This document shows, one piece after another, positions 12,755-27,181 of a stretch of DNA of 64,000 nucleotides. Location: NCBI RefSeq assembly GCF_003918875.1, contig NW_025767122.1, forward strand, positions 248,001 through 312,000, in the 5' to 3' direction. The notes beneath the pieces were generated by a model. The model saw only the letters and a program-made list of their open reading frames with translations. It did not search any database and was not told the origin of the DNA. This DNA comes from Haliotis rubra. Its lineage: Eukaryota. Positions within the stretch are counted from its first letter, which is position 1, and every line of letters begins with the position of its first letter. The position numbers and the translations under genes were made by a program.

Positions 12755-15700
12755 CACCTGCAGCTAGATAGGCTCGGTTACTTTTCTGTCAATAAGTCAT
12801 AAACCAGGATGTGACTAAATTTCTGCTTTATAAAGAGTTTTGGGTGCAGTTTAACATAAAGAGTTTGTACGTGTGAATAGCTTTAGGCTGCTTTGAGCAT
12901 ATTTTAAAAACTCAGGGCAGGTGTTTCCAAGAGCAAAAGTATGATGCTCACAACCCAAAGATCACACTAAAAGGCCAAGGTGGTATCAGACCCCACAATC
13001 AGCAGATCCTGACACAGAAAAGGACCAGAACCCTGGATCCCTCTGTGCCCTAAAGTACCGGTAAATCCATGTTGCAAAATGGCAAAAAGGCAACATGTCT
13101 CTTTGGTACGATCATAAAGTTTCAATTGGGAGACAAAACAATTGTTTTTAAATATATTGAATTAAACTTGCTGGGACAGTCTATTTAATTGGACCTTTTC
13201 TCCCTGTGATAACTGGTCATAAACAGTGAATGAAACAAGCCAAATATCCAGCCAGACATCAGGGCTGGTAACTTCAAAATGTTACCAGCCCAAAATGGAT
13301 TTAACCAGTCCAATTATGGTGAATTTACTCAGATGTATGGAACATCTAAAATATTTACCAGACCATTGGACAGGTAGCTGTAAATTTAGACCGTCCGACA
13401 GAAATCTAGACCGTCTCGGGCGGGCCTTATTTCATATTTCATCCGCTGTCATAAATATCATTGGACCAACTGAAAGTAGCTCATAGCTTCTTTACCATTG
13501 CTCAAATGGGGCAGTGGGGTAGCCTAATGGTTTAAGCATTTGCTTGTCATGATGAAGATCCGGGTTTGATTCTCCACATGGGAACAACGTGTGAAGCCCA
13601 TTTCTGGTGTCCTCCATTGTGATATTGCTAAAACTAAAAGTGGCGTATTCTCTCACTCACATATTGCTTAAACAGGTAAACGATGACATTTTATCATTCT
13701 ATTCTACAGTATTAACATCAACATGAACAAATACGTATGCATGAAAGGGCAGTAATGCAACAATATATCCCAAGGCTTAATGCAAACAAATGCACCTTCC
13801 TGCCTTCTGATAAACTCCCAACAATACAGCAGCAATGATTATCAAAAGGTCGAACATTTTACCCTGAATGTGTTTCTATAATGTTTCCCCCACCAAGAAG
13901 AGTCCTGATCATGCAGACCCCACCTCCACCACACATGCACATTAACTCCTCAGGAATGGCAGACGGTCATCAGGGTGCACAAGCACCAAGGCTGCAGGCA
14001 GTGTAGGCGTTCCTGGTATACAATGAAAGATTCACCCACACCGAAGCCTGTCTCACAGTTCCCGAGATTATTTTCCTTCCCACATAGCCCTTTCTACAAT
14101 GCTAAAGCCCTGTATGAAGCAAGTCTAGATTTCCTCTGGATCTTAATCTGCCATCACACTGGATCTCCTTTTCAATTAGGGGTCATAACACTAAGATATC
14201 AGATGGTGAACAATGACAATGATTGAAATGGATAACATGTTTAACCCATTCACAAGCTGAAACCTATCAAGTACTCCGAACTAATGACTCTAATACTAGA
14301 CTTGGGATCCCACAGGGGGAACAAAACTGGGAAACAGACACCTAGACTGTCTCACAGGCTCTGAACCACATTTTCGCCACCACATAGCCGTTTCTACAAT
14401 GTTAAATCCCTAAATAAAGTATATCTAGATTTCCACAGGTTCTGAATCTGCCATCTCACAGGGGCTCCTTTTTATTTTAAAAGGAATTATTTGTTTCACC
14501 TGCAGCTATAAAGCTGGGGGGATGAACAACACCATGACACCACACTGACAACGGCTTCCTCTTTCTCCATCAAGTTAGACTCGGTTACTTTTCTGTCAAT
14601 AAGTCATAAACCAGGATGTGACTAAATTTCTGCTTTTTAAAGAGTTTTGGGTACAGTTTAACATAAAGAGTTTGTAATTGTGAATAGCTTTGGGATGCTT
14701 TGAGCATATTTTACAAACTCAGGGCAGGTGAGGTGAGGTGAAATTGGGTTTAACGTCGTGCTTGAGAATATTTCACTCATATGACAACGTGCATGCGTGT
14801 GTATATGTATGTGCGGCTGCTTGTACTAGCCCAGCCTGAAGCTGTTTTTTTTATAGTGCTAGCCCAATGAGATACCATGTCGCAGTGAAGCATGAATACC
14901 CCACTCAGACACAGTATACTGACTCCGAGCCGACCAGTCCTTGTTGTACCCATTAATGCCGAGCGCCAGGCAGGGACCAACAAGTACCATATTTTAACGT
15001 ATTTTGGGATGACTCGGTCGGGGATCGAACCCATGACCTTCTGCTCTCCGGGCGGACGCTCTAACCACTACACCACCGACGCGGTCTCAGGGCAGGTATT
15101 TCCAAGAGCAAAAGTATGATGCTCACAACGCAAAGATCATACTCAAAGGCCAAGGTGGTATCAGAACCCACAATCAGCAGATCCTGACACAGAAAAGGAC
15201 CAGAACTCTGGATCCCTCTGTGCCCTAAAGTAAATCCATGTTGCAAAATGGCAAAAAGGCAACATGTCTCTTTGGTACGATCATAAAATTTCAATTGGGA
15301 GACAAAACAATTGTTTTTAAATATATTGAATTAAACTTGCTGGGACAGTCCATTTAATTGGACCTTTTCTCCCTGTGATAACTGGTCATAAACAGTGGAT
15401 GAAACAAGCCAAATATCCAGCCAGACATTTAACCAGACCAAATATGGTGAATTTACTCAGATGTATGGAACATCTAAAAATTTTACCAGACCATTGGGCT
15501 GGCTAGCTGTAAATTTAGACCGTCCGGCAGAAATCTAGACAGTCTCGGGCGGTCGGACAGGCCTTATTTCATACAATGTCATAAATATCATTGGACCAAC
15601 TGAAAGTAGCTCATAGCGTCTTTACCATTGCTCAAATGGGGCAGTGGGGTAGCCTAATGGTTTAAACACTTGCATGTCATGCTGAAGACCCGGGTTTGAT

Positions 15701-16627
15701 TCTCCACATAGGAACAACGTGTGAAGCCCATTTCTGGTGTCCTCCTTTGTGATATTGCTAAAACTAAAAGTGGCGTATTCTCTCACTCACATATTGCTTA
15801 AACAGGTAAACGATGACATTTTATCATTCTATTCTACAGTATTAACATCAACATGAGCAAATATGTGTACATGAAAGGGCAGTAATGCAACAATATATCC
15901 CAAGGCTTTATGCAAACAAATGCACCTTCCCGCCTTCTGATAAACTCCCAACAATACAGCAGCAATGATTATCAAAAGGTCGAACATTTTACCCTGAATG
16001 TGTTTCTATAATGTTTTCCCCACCAAGAAGAGTCCTGATCATGCAGACCCCACCTCCATCACACATGCACATTAACTCCTCAGGAATGGCAGACGGTCAT
16101 CAGGGTGCACAAGCACCAAGGCTGCAGGCAGTGTGGGCGTTCCTGCTATACAATGAAAGATTCACCCACACCGAAGCCTGTCTCACAGTTCCCGAGATTA
16201 TTTTCCTCCCACATAGCCCTTTCTACAATGCTAAAGCCCTGTATGAAGCAAGTCTAGATTTCCTCTGGATCTTAATCTGCCATCACACTGGATCTCCTTT
16301 TCAATTAGGGGTCATAAGACTAAGATATCAGATGGTGAACAATGACAATGATTGAAATGGATAACATGTTTAACCCATTCACAAGCTGAAACCTATCAAG
16401 TACTCCGAACTAATGACTCTAATACTAGACTCGGGATCCCACTGGGAGAACAAAACTGGGAAACAGACACCTAGACTGTGTCACAGTCTCTGAACCACAT
16501 TTTCGCCTCCACATAACCGTTTCTACAATGTTAAATCCCTAAATAAAGTATATCTAGCTTTCCACAGGTTCTGAATCTGCCATCTCACATGGGCTCCTTT
16601 TCATTTTAAAAGAAATTATTTGTTTCT
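12755..16627. repeat. Tandem duplication: 12755-14496 and 14497-16627
   Basis: Near-identical collinear copies; both carry the same family-B SINE (13507-13660, 15638-15790); copy 2 has an extra family-C SINE. Confidence 0.92.
14730..15087 (-). mobile_element. SINE family C (tRNA-derived, ~350 bp, (CACCT)n tail)
   Basis: A/B boxes GGTGTAGTGG / GGTTCGATCCC; TSD CTCAGGGCAGGT; absent from the other duplicate copy. Confidence 0.9.
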
Positions 16628-16764
16628 ATAGAAGTTTTGTATATTCAGAGACTATGCGTTAGTTTAACAAACACCTGGGTTTTACCTCGGCTCAAAAACA
16701 CGGGGTTCCTGGGGCCCCTAATTAGTAGTTTGAACATTCCTTGCAGGCAATACCAGGGTCCTGG

Positions 16765-17090
16765 GTGCTGGAGAATATTTCGCTCATATGACGACGTGCA
16801 TGCGTGTGTATGTGTAGGTGCAGCTGCTTGTACTAGCCCAGACTGAAGCTGGTTTTATAGTGCTAGCCCACTGAGATACCTTGCTGCAGTGAGGCATGAA
16901 TACCCCACTCAGACACATTATGCCGACTCCGAGCCGACCAGTCCTTTTTGTATCCATTAATGCCGAGCGCCAGGCAGGGACCAACAAGTACCATATTTTA
17001 ACGTCTTTTGGTATGACGCGGTCGGGGATCGAACCCGCGACCTTCCGCTCTCCGGGCGGACGCTCTAACCACTACACCACGGAGGCGGTC
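16765..17090 (-). mobile_element. SINE family C
   Basis: High identity to 14730-15087. Confidence 0.85.
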
Positions 17091-17728
17091 CTGTGAAGTA
17101 ATAGTGTAGAGAACTGTATGTTTTGATTTTTTTCTGGAATGAATCATTAATCATGTAACTGAGAGAAACAACCAAACATTTAGCAAAGCCATAGATGTGT
17201 TGTGGGTACAGTGAATGATATTGTGCATCCCTTTGGACTCAGTGAATTTTTTTTTCTGCAACCATTCTTTACATTTGTGCGTACTGGATGCACATTTACG
17301 CATCACGTAAAACCCTGGGACACCATACCGGTTCTTAAAACCAGTGGGGGTGTTACTGGAACAGCCAACTGAATGATTTCCTCATCACTGTGTGATGTCA
17401 GTCGGTGCAGGCCGAGGACTACAGAGGGATGTAAATGAACTGCATCTGCAGCTGCCACTACATCCCAACTCCATCCTCGTTGTGATGTTACACAACTAAC
17501 TTAAACTGTTCCCCATACCGACATCACCAGCATCACTCAGAGTGAAACCTCTCTCAACAACACCCTCGACTTCATGATACACCAAGCAGACATAACTGTC
17601 AATATAATCACATTCCTGGTCATTATGTTCATATCAGCCAAGCTTTTATATCCTATCCAAATAGGTTGGATCCATATCTACCTGTTGTCCTTGAGATTGA
17701 TGAGTGTTTCAGGACACCGTTCCACAAG

Positions 17729-19032
17729 GTGAGGTGAGGTGATGTGAGGTGAAATTGGGTTTAACGTCGTGCTTAAGAATATTTCGCTCATATGACGACG
17801 TGCATGCGTGTGTATGTGTATGTGCGGCTGCTTGTACTAGCCCAGACTGAAGCTGGTTTTATAGTGCTAGCTCACTGAGATACCATGCCGCAGTGAAGCA
17901 TGAATACCCCACTCAGACACAGTATACTGACTCCGAGCCGACCAGTCCTTGTTGTACCCATTAATGCCGAGAGCCAGGCAGGGACCAACAAGTACCATAT
18001 TTTAACTAGTGGTGTAACGATTCATCGATAGTATCGATGTTTGCATCGTCAACTACGCGATACGAGTGCATCGATACAAAACACATTTAGGCAATATATC
18101 AGGATATTTATATCGCAAGGGTCCACGATACATCGATGTATCGCCACAAGAGACGATATATCCGGATACAACTTCAATACTAGTTAAAGTTGTAAGGAGT
18201 ATTGCATTAGGAATAGGAAGGGAGTCTCTTTGAAATTCTTCTGAATTTTAAAACAAATTGAACCTTTAGGAATTTGTTTGTGTCTGTTATCTTTGTTACA
18301 TGGACAAAGGAGTTGGTGTATAAGTGAAAGAGTGTGAACATGTTTCAAACTCTGTGAACTGTAGAATACTTGTCTTTAGTAATTGAAATATGTTTTAGTT
18401 GTTTGACAAATAACACCATTTATTAACATACACCGAACGACGTCTTAGCTTTGTTAAGAAAGAGAACAAAGAGAAGATAAAATTTAGAAAGCATACTTAA
18501 GAGTTTTTTTCAGTGATTCTGAATTCTGATATAAATTACATTCAATTGTTTGTGAAAGCATCGGTGCAGAAACACACTTTCCCAAAGGAAACTTGGGTTT
18601 CAAACTTATATATGTTAGATCAAAGTATACTGAATATGTTTGACTGTACATTAAATGCTGAAACTTTATTAAATGAACAGCTTTTTAAGTGTGTGTGAAT
18701 GTCACCCAAGATCTGCTGTATAACAAATAAAGATTTTAAAGATAAAGTCATTTTATCTATCATATATGTTCTAAATTGTAAAGTATCGGGATACGTATCG
18801 TATCGCCACCATTGTATCGTGATGATAATCGTCTCGCAGGTTCCTTGCCAATACTTTCATGATATATCGGCTCGCCTAAGTAAACTGGTATCGGGGTATA
18901 TCGTCTCGCCACTTAGACCACGATACACAGCTCTAATTTTAACGTCTTTTGGTATGACGCGGCCGGGGATCGAACCCGCGACCTTCTGCTCTCCGGGTGG
19001 ACGCTCTAACCACCTACACCACAGAGGCGGTC
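17729..19032 (-). mobile_element. SINE family C interrupted by a hAT MITE
   Basis: TSD TTCCACAAG; the two halves join perfectly across 18007-18935. Confidence 0.88.
18007..18935. mobile_element. Non-autonomous hAT element
   Basis: TAG...CTA termini, 8-bp TSD ATTTTAAC, clustered subterminal CGATA/TATCG motifs. Confidence 0.88.
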
Positions 19033-21395
19033 TTCCACAAGATCATTGAAGCGTTGTAATGATTGTAACTCCCATAGTTGACATACTTAACACGGCTTAT
19101 GCCAGTGGTAGAACTGCTATTGTTTTGATAAATCGAGCACTCTGTGCTTAACCTAAGGACTTACTTATTGAGATTATCTGTAATTCCATGAGGATTTGTG
19201 ACTGACTGCTCCAGGAATGATTGACTTTCATATCAAACACTCTTCCTTAAGGATGTAACATGAACAATAAATTTTCAATACAGTGAATGTGACATTTCTG
19301 TTAAAGTGATAACAGGGAAATGTAACTACCTTCATTGTTGATTTTTCTACCAGAGTGTTTACAGAATTTAACTAATTATTGTTGGAGTTGGAAATCTATT
19401 TTTCTACAGATTTTACACTTGCATGTGGCCAGGCAATACAGAAATGCCTAATTTCCATGAAATCTTGACAGTTATATTTTGCAAACATTGAGAGGTATTT
19501 TAAAAGGGCCAACTATTGATATAGATCACAGAGATGGACAAATAATTGTGATATATTGGAATATGAGCTGGTGTACTGCAATACATATTACAACATATTG
19601 CGAAATGTACAAACCTTATTTATACTACTGAAGACAGTTTTCTTTAATAAATAATGTTTATGAAGAATAGATATATTTGTTTCATTAAAGGGAAAAAACC
19701 CAGAACAATCTGTTGAGACTAATATATTGTGTGCATTATCACATTTTCCACTTCAACAGTCAACAAATGATATTTTTCAAGCTTAACTCAAATTTCAGAA
19801 CCTGAAACAACATGGTAACAGCTGCTATATATCATATTATCCTAATCTCCTTAAAATGTCTCAACATTTCACAAAGGTCAATGTGGAAACTGGAAACAAC
19901 AAATTTGAGGAAGATAAATATTGATGCTGATGATGAAACAGGTTAGAAACTCAAATGTCATTGCACAAAGACACATAACAACATTATCCTAAAATACTGC
20001 AGGCTTTGAGTGTTCAAATGATCTTCAGGTTTATATGGCTGACCTTGAAATGGAAACAAACAAATTAACTTTCAGCTGGAAACACATCAACTTAATAACT
20101 TAGAAGTAAAATGTAAAGGCTTTGTGGAAGTCGACTGTGTTTCACTTTTCGTACCAAAAGTCGAAACTGACAAACATCACAGATGGTGTGGTGTCGTCTC
20201 ATGTCAATAAGTTCATTGTTCCGCCAGAATATCCAACATCACTGTCATACAGATTAACATCATACAATTTCTTTCAGAATTTTGCAGAGCACATCGTGAC
20301 AATCAGTTCACAAAAAATATACCATGATGTATTGTATTGGGAAATTCCTACTGTGATTTACTGGTTAACCGACAATGCTGCACACCCCTGTTGATAACTG
20401 TAAATAATTCCTTCCATTTGCGATATTTCCAAATACTCATCAGATCAGACCTCTCTGATAACATTGCTCTACACTAATTTGGTCTAAGGTATTTTCACTA
20501 AGGCTTTAACGAGGCTGGTGAGGAACTAAATGAAAGAAAAAAATTCAAAAATATACAATTGACATGGCTAGATATGACGCTTTAACCATGACAGAAAATC
20601 TAGTTGAATCATGAAAGGAGTTGACTAAATCCTGACTCACCTGGTTCCTGTAATCAGATTTCCAGGGTCAGGGCGGGTGTTGAGTCATAATGCATAATCT
20701 CACTTTGATTGCTAACAAGGTACACCTTTCTGGCTCCATAACATGTACATAATATTGAGGAAAATCTGTCTGCTGCCAAGCAACGGTCACAGCTGAATGA
20801 ACAAAGGCGTACCTTGAAAATAACCTTATTACCTTCAGAGATTTTATAATGGAGTAACTATGAATCAGATGTTGACTGAGATGTTGAATCAGAGCAATAC
20901 CGACATGCTTCTAGAGTTCGGAGACATTTCAAGGTCACTCTTGTTTCAACATGTACTTTGTTTACATTTTGTTTTTCTAAGCCTTTGTTAACAGGTGGAT
21001 ATACAATACCGATAAAAACAGATTGACTTCTCATGCCAAAGATATCTTTTGGTCCAAAGGGATCTCACAAAATGACTGTAGGCTAATATATGGGATTGGT
21101 CTCCTGTCCAGTTCCACTGACATAATACTATTCATTTTATTCTAGAACTATTGGTAATGGTAAATGTGAAAAAATGTAGCTTCTAAATGCAAAAACTGAA
21201 TTTGTTACTTGTGGTATCTGTATTCTTTTAGGCTATGAAAATTTGTGCTGCATAAATACTTATCATTTTGAAAATGAGGAAGTAAAATAGGTTTACTTTG
21301 AAGTGGACTTGCCCTTTAAACTGGTTAGAGGAGGCAACGTAATGGTTCAGGTGATTAGGCTGAATTTGTTGATGGCATGTCATCACGGTCATCTA

Positions 21396-21906
21396 CATCC
21401 TCGATAATCTCCAGGGTATACGTTACGATAACTCTCCACTATACCCTGGATGCATCCATGGCTTGGGGGCGATGATTTTATTACCTCCCTTGGCTGGCTC
21501 CGCATTCTCACAGTAGCCAATCAGCTAAGCCGCCGTTACAACCAAGCTTGCCAGTGTCAACAAAGATAGCGGTCGCAGTCGCGAAGGTTTGTTCGCTGTG
21601 CCACTCAGATTTTTGGGGAAATAATAAAGACAAATTCACAGATCTGAAACTTTAAAAAAATATATAAAAGAACTCCTTCTACTTCTTACAGAGTACCTCT
21701 GCATCAACTGTGTTGCCAAGTGTAAACGGTTAGATAATTTAAAAAGGGAAAGTGAGTTGTGAGTGGTACTCAACTTCCCAGAGTAGGCACCTGATTGGAT
21801 AAAAAGCCAGCCAAGGGAGGTAATAAAATCATCACCCAAGCCATGGATGCATCCAGGGTATAGTGGAGAGTTATCGTAACGTATACCCTGGAGATTATCG
21901 AGGATG
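21396..21906. mobile_element. Non-autonomous DNA transposon with ~100-bp TIRs, inside a decayed family-S SINE
   Basis: CATCCTCGATAATCTCCAGGGTATACG... inverted at both ends; flanks share GTCATCTA. Confidence 0.88.
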
Positions 21907-24900
21907 AGTCATCTACCCTACTGATTGATTGTTCATAATATCAACCACTGGATATTTTATGCAGACTCAGTTACGGTAGAAGTTGTCAACACCGGCATAA
22001 AATCCCAGTCTTGTCTGTGGCTAGAATTTATCACCATTTAAAAGCTCTGCAATCCAGCATGTCAATTCCAGATCTTGGCATGAAATAAGCCACTCGAATA
22101 GGTGTTTATACAATAATCAGTGCTGTCTAATCCGGCGCTTGGCGGGGAGTCGGTCTGATGTGTATCATCACCAATTGATCGGGCGTGGAAATAACAAGGG
22201 GTTGTGTGCAGCCATCACACGTTAAGTAGCAACATGGTTGCTGACAAAGATAATTTTATCATTGTTCAGTATGGTGAATAAAAGTGATTATGAGCTCAGT
22301 TCTAGTCATAGGTAACTGTGTCAGCTCTACAATCCGCCACGCTGTCTAAACCAGATTATTTTTCAGTTCCTACGAGTGCAGGTTTAGACAGCTTCCACTG
22401 TATGTATAGCTTGAAGTCGTACAACTGGGGTTCGCTGAGTGCAATGGCTTATAAACAACAAACAAACACACATACACTTTACACAGCATCAGGTATGACA
22501 TGATGTCTTTGTCACCTAGATTCGTCTATCACCACATCATGGTTAATTTTAATTCTGAAAGTTCAGATAAAAACGTCTGGCTCCAGCCAAGGAGCAAAGC
22601 ATGAAACATGTCAGTATTGTCACTGTTTTCCAGTGTAAACTAACAAACCATGCAATGATTTTGTGGCAGATGGTTTAAAATGTTGAAAAGCTGTTGCCAT
22701 GCACTACTGAGCACTATAACAAAGCTACAGTTTGTGTTTCACAGTTTGACTGCTCGATACAATATTGAGACATACAGCAAGAGAAAGTTGGCAAGTCATA
22801 CTTTTCTTCTTGTCAGGGCACTTCCTACAGCAGGATTATTAAATTCTGTTATGTTTTTGATATTTTCAAAATATTGTACTTTCTTCAGGCATGTAAGCAT
22901 GGTATGGTTACATATATTACATGAAGTATTTATCCCAAATATAGCCTGCCAGCTTCATAATGATCACCTGTGAAGATCCAGGTTAGAATTTGTCTTCAGC
23001 AACCCACAATAATTAAAATAGGCAATGACATGATAGAGTTGCTAGGCTCGCTGACGTTGTTGACACATGTCATCGACTCTCAACTTAAAGATCAATGGTT
23101 ATGACATCAATCACAGGATTGTCTAGTTCTGATTTGATAATTTACAGAACCCTGTCATATAGCTGTAATATTGTTCATATTGTAATATTGTAGTTGAGAA
23201 CAATATTAAACGTATAAAGAATTAATCCCTCAACAATTTGTATTCTAAACTATTTTAAAAGATGAGTGTTAAAATAGCATACTTTTCCCCACCATACTAC
23301 AGACTTGGGAGACAGTGTTCTTAAGTAAATCTATGTTACCATTATAACCTGTAGATTTGGAAGGACAAATATGAACTTTGAACCAACTTTTATTAATTGT
23401 TCCTAATGCTTCTAAACACTCTAGCAAGTTCAGTATATGTCCTAAACTAGTTTCTGACACATAGAATTGAATTTTCCAGCAACAGCAAAATTACAAACTA
23501 AAAATGTAAGTATAATTTCAAAATGCCTGACATTGGATGATAAAGATCTACTCTGTTACAAATTGTTTTTGTATCAACTTCTGAGGTGATCATGATAATT
23601 TGATTAATTTGAATCAGAATCAAGTATATTCAAAACTCATGGCAGCATATATTATTTATTGGGCAATATTGGCACTATCTATATATGTGACATTTTTGAT
23701 TATGTTGGTTTGTGATCATGACACAATCCTATTATGCAAAACACAACTGGTGAAGATTGTCTGAAGATTCTACCATTTCCACAGTTATGGTACCCAGAAA
23801 AGCTCAAATTGTACAGTACTAGTAGTTGAGGGGAATTCTTGTTTACTATACAGTGGTGCCGACGACCTAAAAAACGCGAACAACTCAATGAGATGTCATA
23901 CAAGTGCAGAATGGTAATCTCAACACTACAGTAGACCACTAAGTCACTATGAAATCGAGTTCCGTCTGTAGTGGGATACTTTGAAAATTAGATAATTTGA
24001 GCTGTTTAAATGACAACAGTTCCCAATCACAAACCACAAGTCACTTGTTCATATTTAGACCCAATACCTAAATACTACACCACTTGATTTTTTTCCAGCA
24101 TTCACTAGCATCAACTTGTGCTCGGTCATACCATCACGCATAGATCACACAGAGCTCCTCACAGACAACAGTGGATAAATTAAGCGATGGCCCCCTCGCA
24201 TCAGACAACACATTACGTCAGACATGTTTGCATGAAATTGATAATATACTTACCCCAATTAATCCTCAGATAAACACTGTGGACCACGATACGACAGTAA
24301 ATATACTGCGAAGGTCAATGTCATCGTTGACCGATATCTGCCACCATTTTGATAAGTTGCCAAGTTTGGTGGTCAAGGGGGAGACAACTTTTGTCGGACT
24401 AATGTTCGGAGTTCTTTTCAAGAACAACCATACATTTTCAGGATCGAATCAACGAAATCCATGTCGTTAGAGTGGGAGGCGAATATACTTTGGGTATTTA
24501 TTTAACATCCCAATCTATCACATCACGTACCTGTGTAATTCACAAATATGTTAAAATACGAGGTGAAATGGAAAAGACAATAATGTCACAAAGTTGAATT
24601 AATTGCCACAAACATACTGTTTTGAAACGTGAATGTGTTTCTACTCAAAACCTTAATTATTGAACAAACGAGAGCAGAAACTGTCTACATTCACAGAACG
24701 GCAATGGTGAATGTTTCATGAGTGAAAATGGTTCAAAGCAACAGACAAAATGCTAAACATGTCAGGATATCAAGAGTTGTCTCCCCTACAATAAGACATT
24801 TCGAAGCATGGTGAGACTTTATAATCTAAACAATTAAACTGTTATCAAAAATGATCATGCTAACCTATCCATGACAAACCTGTGCTTATTTGACCCTAAA

Positions 24901-25259
24901 TGTATCTAAAATCAGATCTTAGTTCTCGCTACCACTAAACAAACATCTAAGGATAGCCCTCCTCAGGTCAGGCGAGAAACACCATCGATTTTGAGTAATA
25001 TTTTCCTTCATTAAGACCGAGAAAAATAACAGCGTGAACTAGTGACATAAAATATGACTGTGATGTTTCAGTGGTATGATTATTGTAAGGAATCACATCG
25101 AATAGTATCGTCGGTTGTTAAACGCGGCACTCAAGTCATATAAATTAAGACGGGCTGTCGATAACGGAGTCGCAACCAGATATAACACACTCCGTTTGTA
25201 TCCAAATGAGTACGATGAATTGCCTGTTGTGCTGTTCCTCCTATTCTATGACCTTTAAA

Positions 25260-25975
25260 AATCTGTAGCATTATCCTACAAACTGTAGCATTAATGTTAA
25301 AGCTGTAGCACTAATGTTGAAGCTGTAGTATTAATGTTAAATCTGTAGTATTAATGTTAAATCTGTAGCATTAACGTCAAAGCTGTAGTATTAACGTTAA
25401 AGCTGTAGTATTAATGTTAAAGCTGTAGTATTAATGTTAAATATGTAGCATTAACGTTAAAGCTGTAGTATTAATGTTAAATCTGTAGCATTAACGTTAT
25501 AGCTGTAGTATTAATGTTAAATCTGTAGTATTAATGTTAATGCTGTAGTATTAATGTTAAGAAGCTGTAGTATTATGTCAAAGCTGTAGTGTGTTAAAAT
25601 GTTAATGCTAAAGCTGTAGTATTAACTGTAGTATTAATGCTAAAGCTGTAGTATTAATGTTAAGACTGACTGACTGACTGACTGAGTTTGGTTTTACGCC
25701 GCTTTTAGCAATATTCCAGCAACATCACGGCGGGGGACACCAGAAATGGGCTTCACGCATTGTACCCATGTGGGGATTCGAACTCGGGTCTTCGGCGTGA
25801 CGGGCCAACGCTTTGACCACTAGGCTACCCCACCGCCCCTAATGTTAAGAACCTGTAGCATTAATGTTAAAGCTGTAGCATTAATGTTAAGATGCTGTAG
25901 TATAAATGTTAAGAAGTTGAAGTATTATTGTTAAAGCTGTAGTATTCAGGTTTAGAAGCTACAGGATTAATGTTG
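25260..25975. repeat. 20-bp minisatellite (AGCTGTAGTATTAATGTTAA)n with inserted family-B SINE (25666-25839)
   Basis: Period 20; SINE TSD TAATGTTAAGA. Confidence 0.9.
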
Positions 25976-26611
25976 ACATAGCTTACTCAATGACATCATC
26001 TTTTTCTGCATTTGGAGCCATATATACTTCTTAACAGTCGGTTGAATCCACTTAGTACATACCTGGATGCCTCTCTACTTACAAAATCAATGCCTCCTCA
26101 TGAATGTTCATCTGTGTAAATCAAAATTACGAGCATGTCCCAATAACTGCCATGCACTACACGTGCTTTTCTTATATGGTTTGGAATTAGGTGATTCCCA
26201 AATGCGACGGGAATGCAAGCTGCAAAAAAAAGAAAGAAAGAAAGAACACTTTAAATTATGATTCTTGCGCGCCGATGAAAAACCTACTTAAGAAAAACAA
26301 CAGCTGTATAGTTTATACTGCTGGTGTGCTTCGCTGCTTCATTTCGGCATTCTCTGTGTACAGTTGCCTCCCTTGGGCGGGCCAGTATCCTGTGGTTGTT
26401 TGTTGGACATACGATTGCACTTATAATGTTGCTAAGTTTGTCAGCACTGTGATTGTTGGTTTCTCCAGGTGGTACCTATAGCCTCCAAGACATGCATGGC
26501 GTCTACATTCACACCCACAGTAAGTCCACACGCCGTGAATTAGCTAAAACTTTTCAAAGAGGTTAAACCAAATTCACCCTCTTACTATTATGTAATCATG
26601 ATACTTGTAAT

Positions 26612-26850
26612 CCCCTGGAGGTCCGGGTTAGAATTGGTCTTCAGTAATCCATGCTTGTCGTAAGAGGCGTTTAACGGGATCGGGTGGTCAGGCTCGCTGA
26701 CTTCGTCGACACATCGTATCCCAATTGCGTAGATCGATGCTCATTAGGTTGATCACTGGATTGTCTGGTCCTCGATAATTGATAGGTCGCCGCCATATAG
26801 CTGGAATATTGCTGAGTGTGGCGTTAAACAACAATCAAACAAACAACCAA
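26612..26850 (+). mobile_element. SINE-like family S
   Basis: Matches family consensus. Confidence 0.85.
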
Positions 26851-26973
26851 GATACGTGTACCTAACAAAGCAAGTACCCAAAACAAACAAGATGAAGAGA
26901 ACTCTGGATTTATTGCACTGATCCACTGATGCACAAGTAAATAAATAACAACAAAACACTTTTGATAATGGAT

Positions 26974-27181
26974 TCATACAGAGGTGTGATAAACAACTTT
27001 GTAGACTGGTTTGACATGCGCAGAACTAGGTTTTTGGACTGCGCCTTCATCTGTTGAAGGCGGTCGTGTTTCCGGTGGAGTACTTCCGGTGACGGGAGCA
27101 CTGCAAGGCTTCTTCTTCCCTCCCTTGGGATTATTGTTCTGAATCTGAAGACGCTGAACCATCAAAGGCGGCAATGGAAAT
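26974..27181 (-). CDS. TSSK5: TSSK5-like kinase, probable terminal exon 11
   Basis: ttgcAG acceptor; open frame FPLPPLMVQRLQ...YHTSV*; AATAAA (minus) at 26909-26914; frame linkage to exon 10 uncertain. Confidence 0.5.

Noticed and set aside
20636-24540. Candidate PHKG non-coding first exons (minus-strand donors at ~20640 and ~24530)
   Set aside because: Donor motifs alone are insufficient without transcript data.
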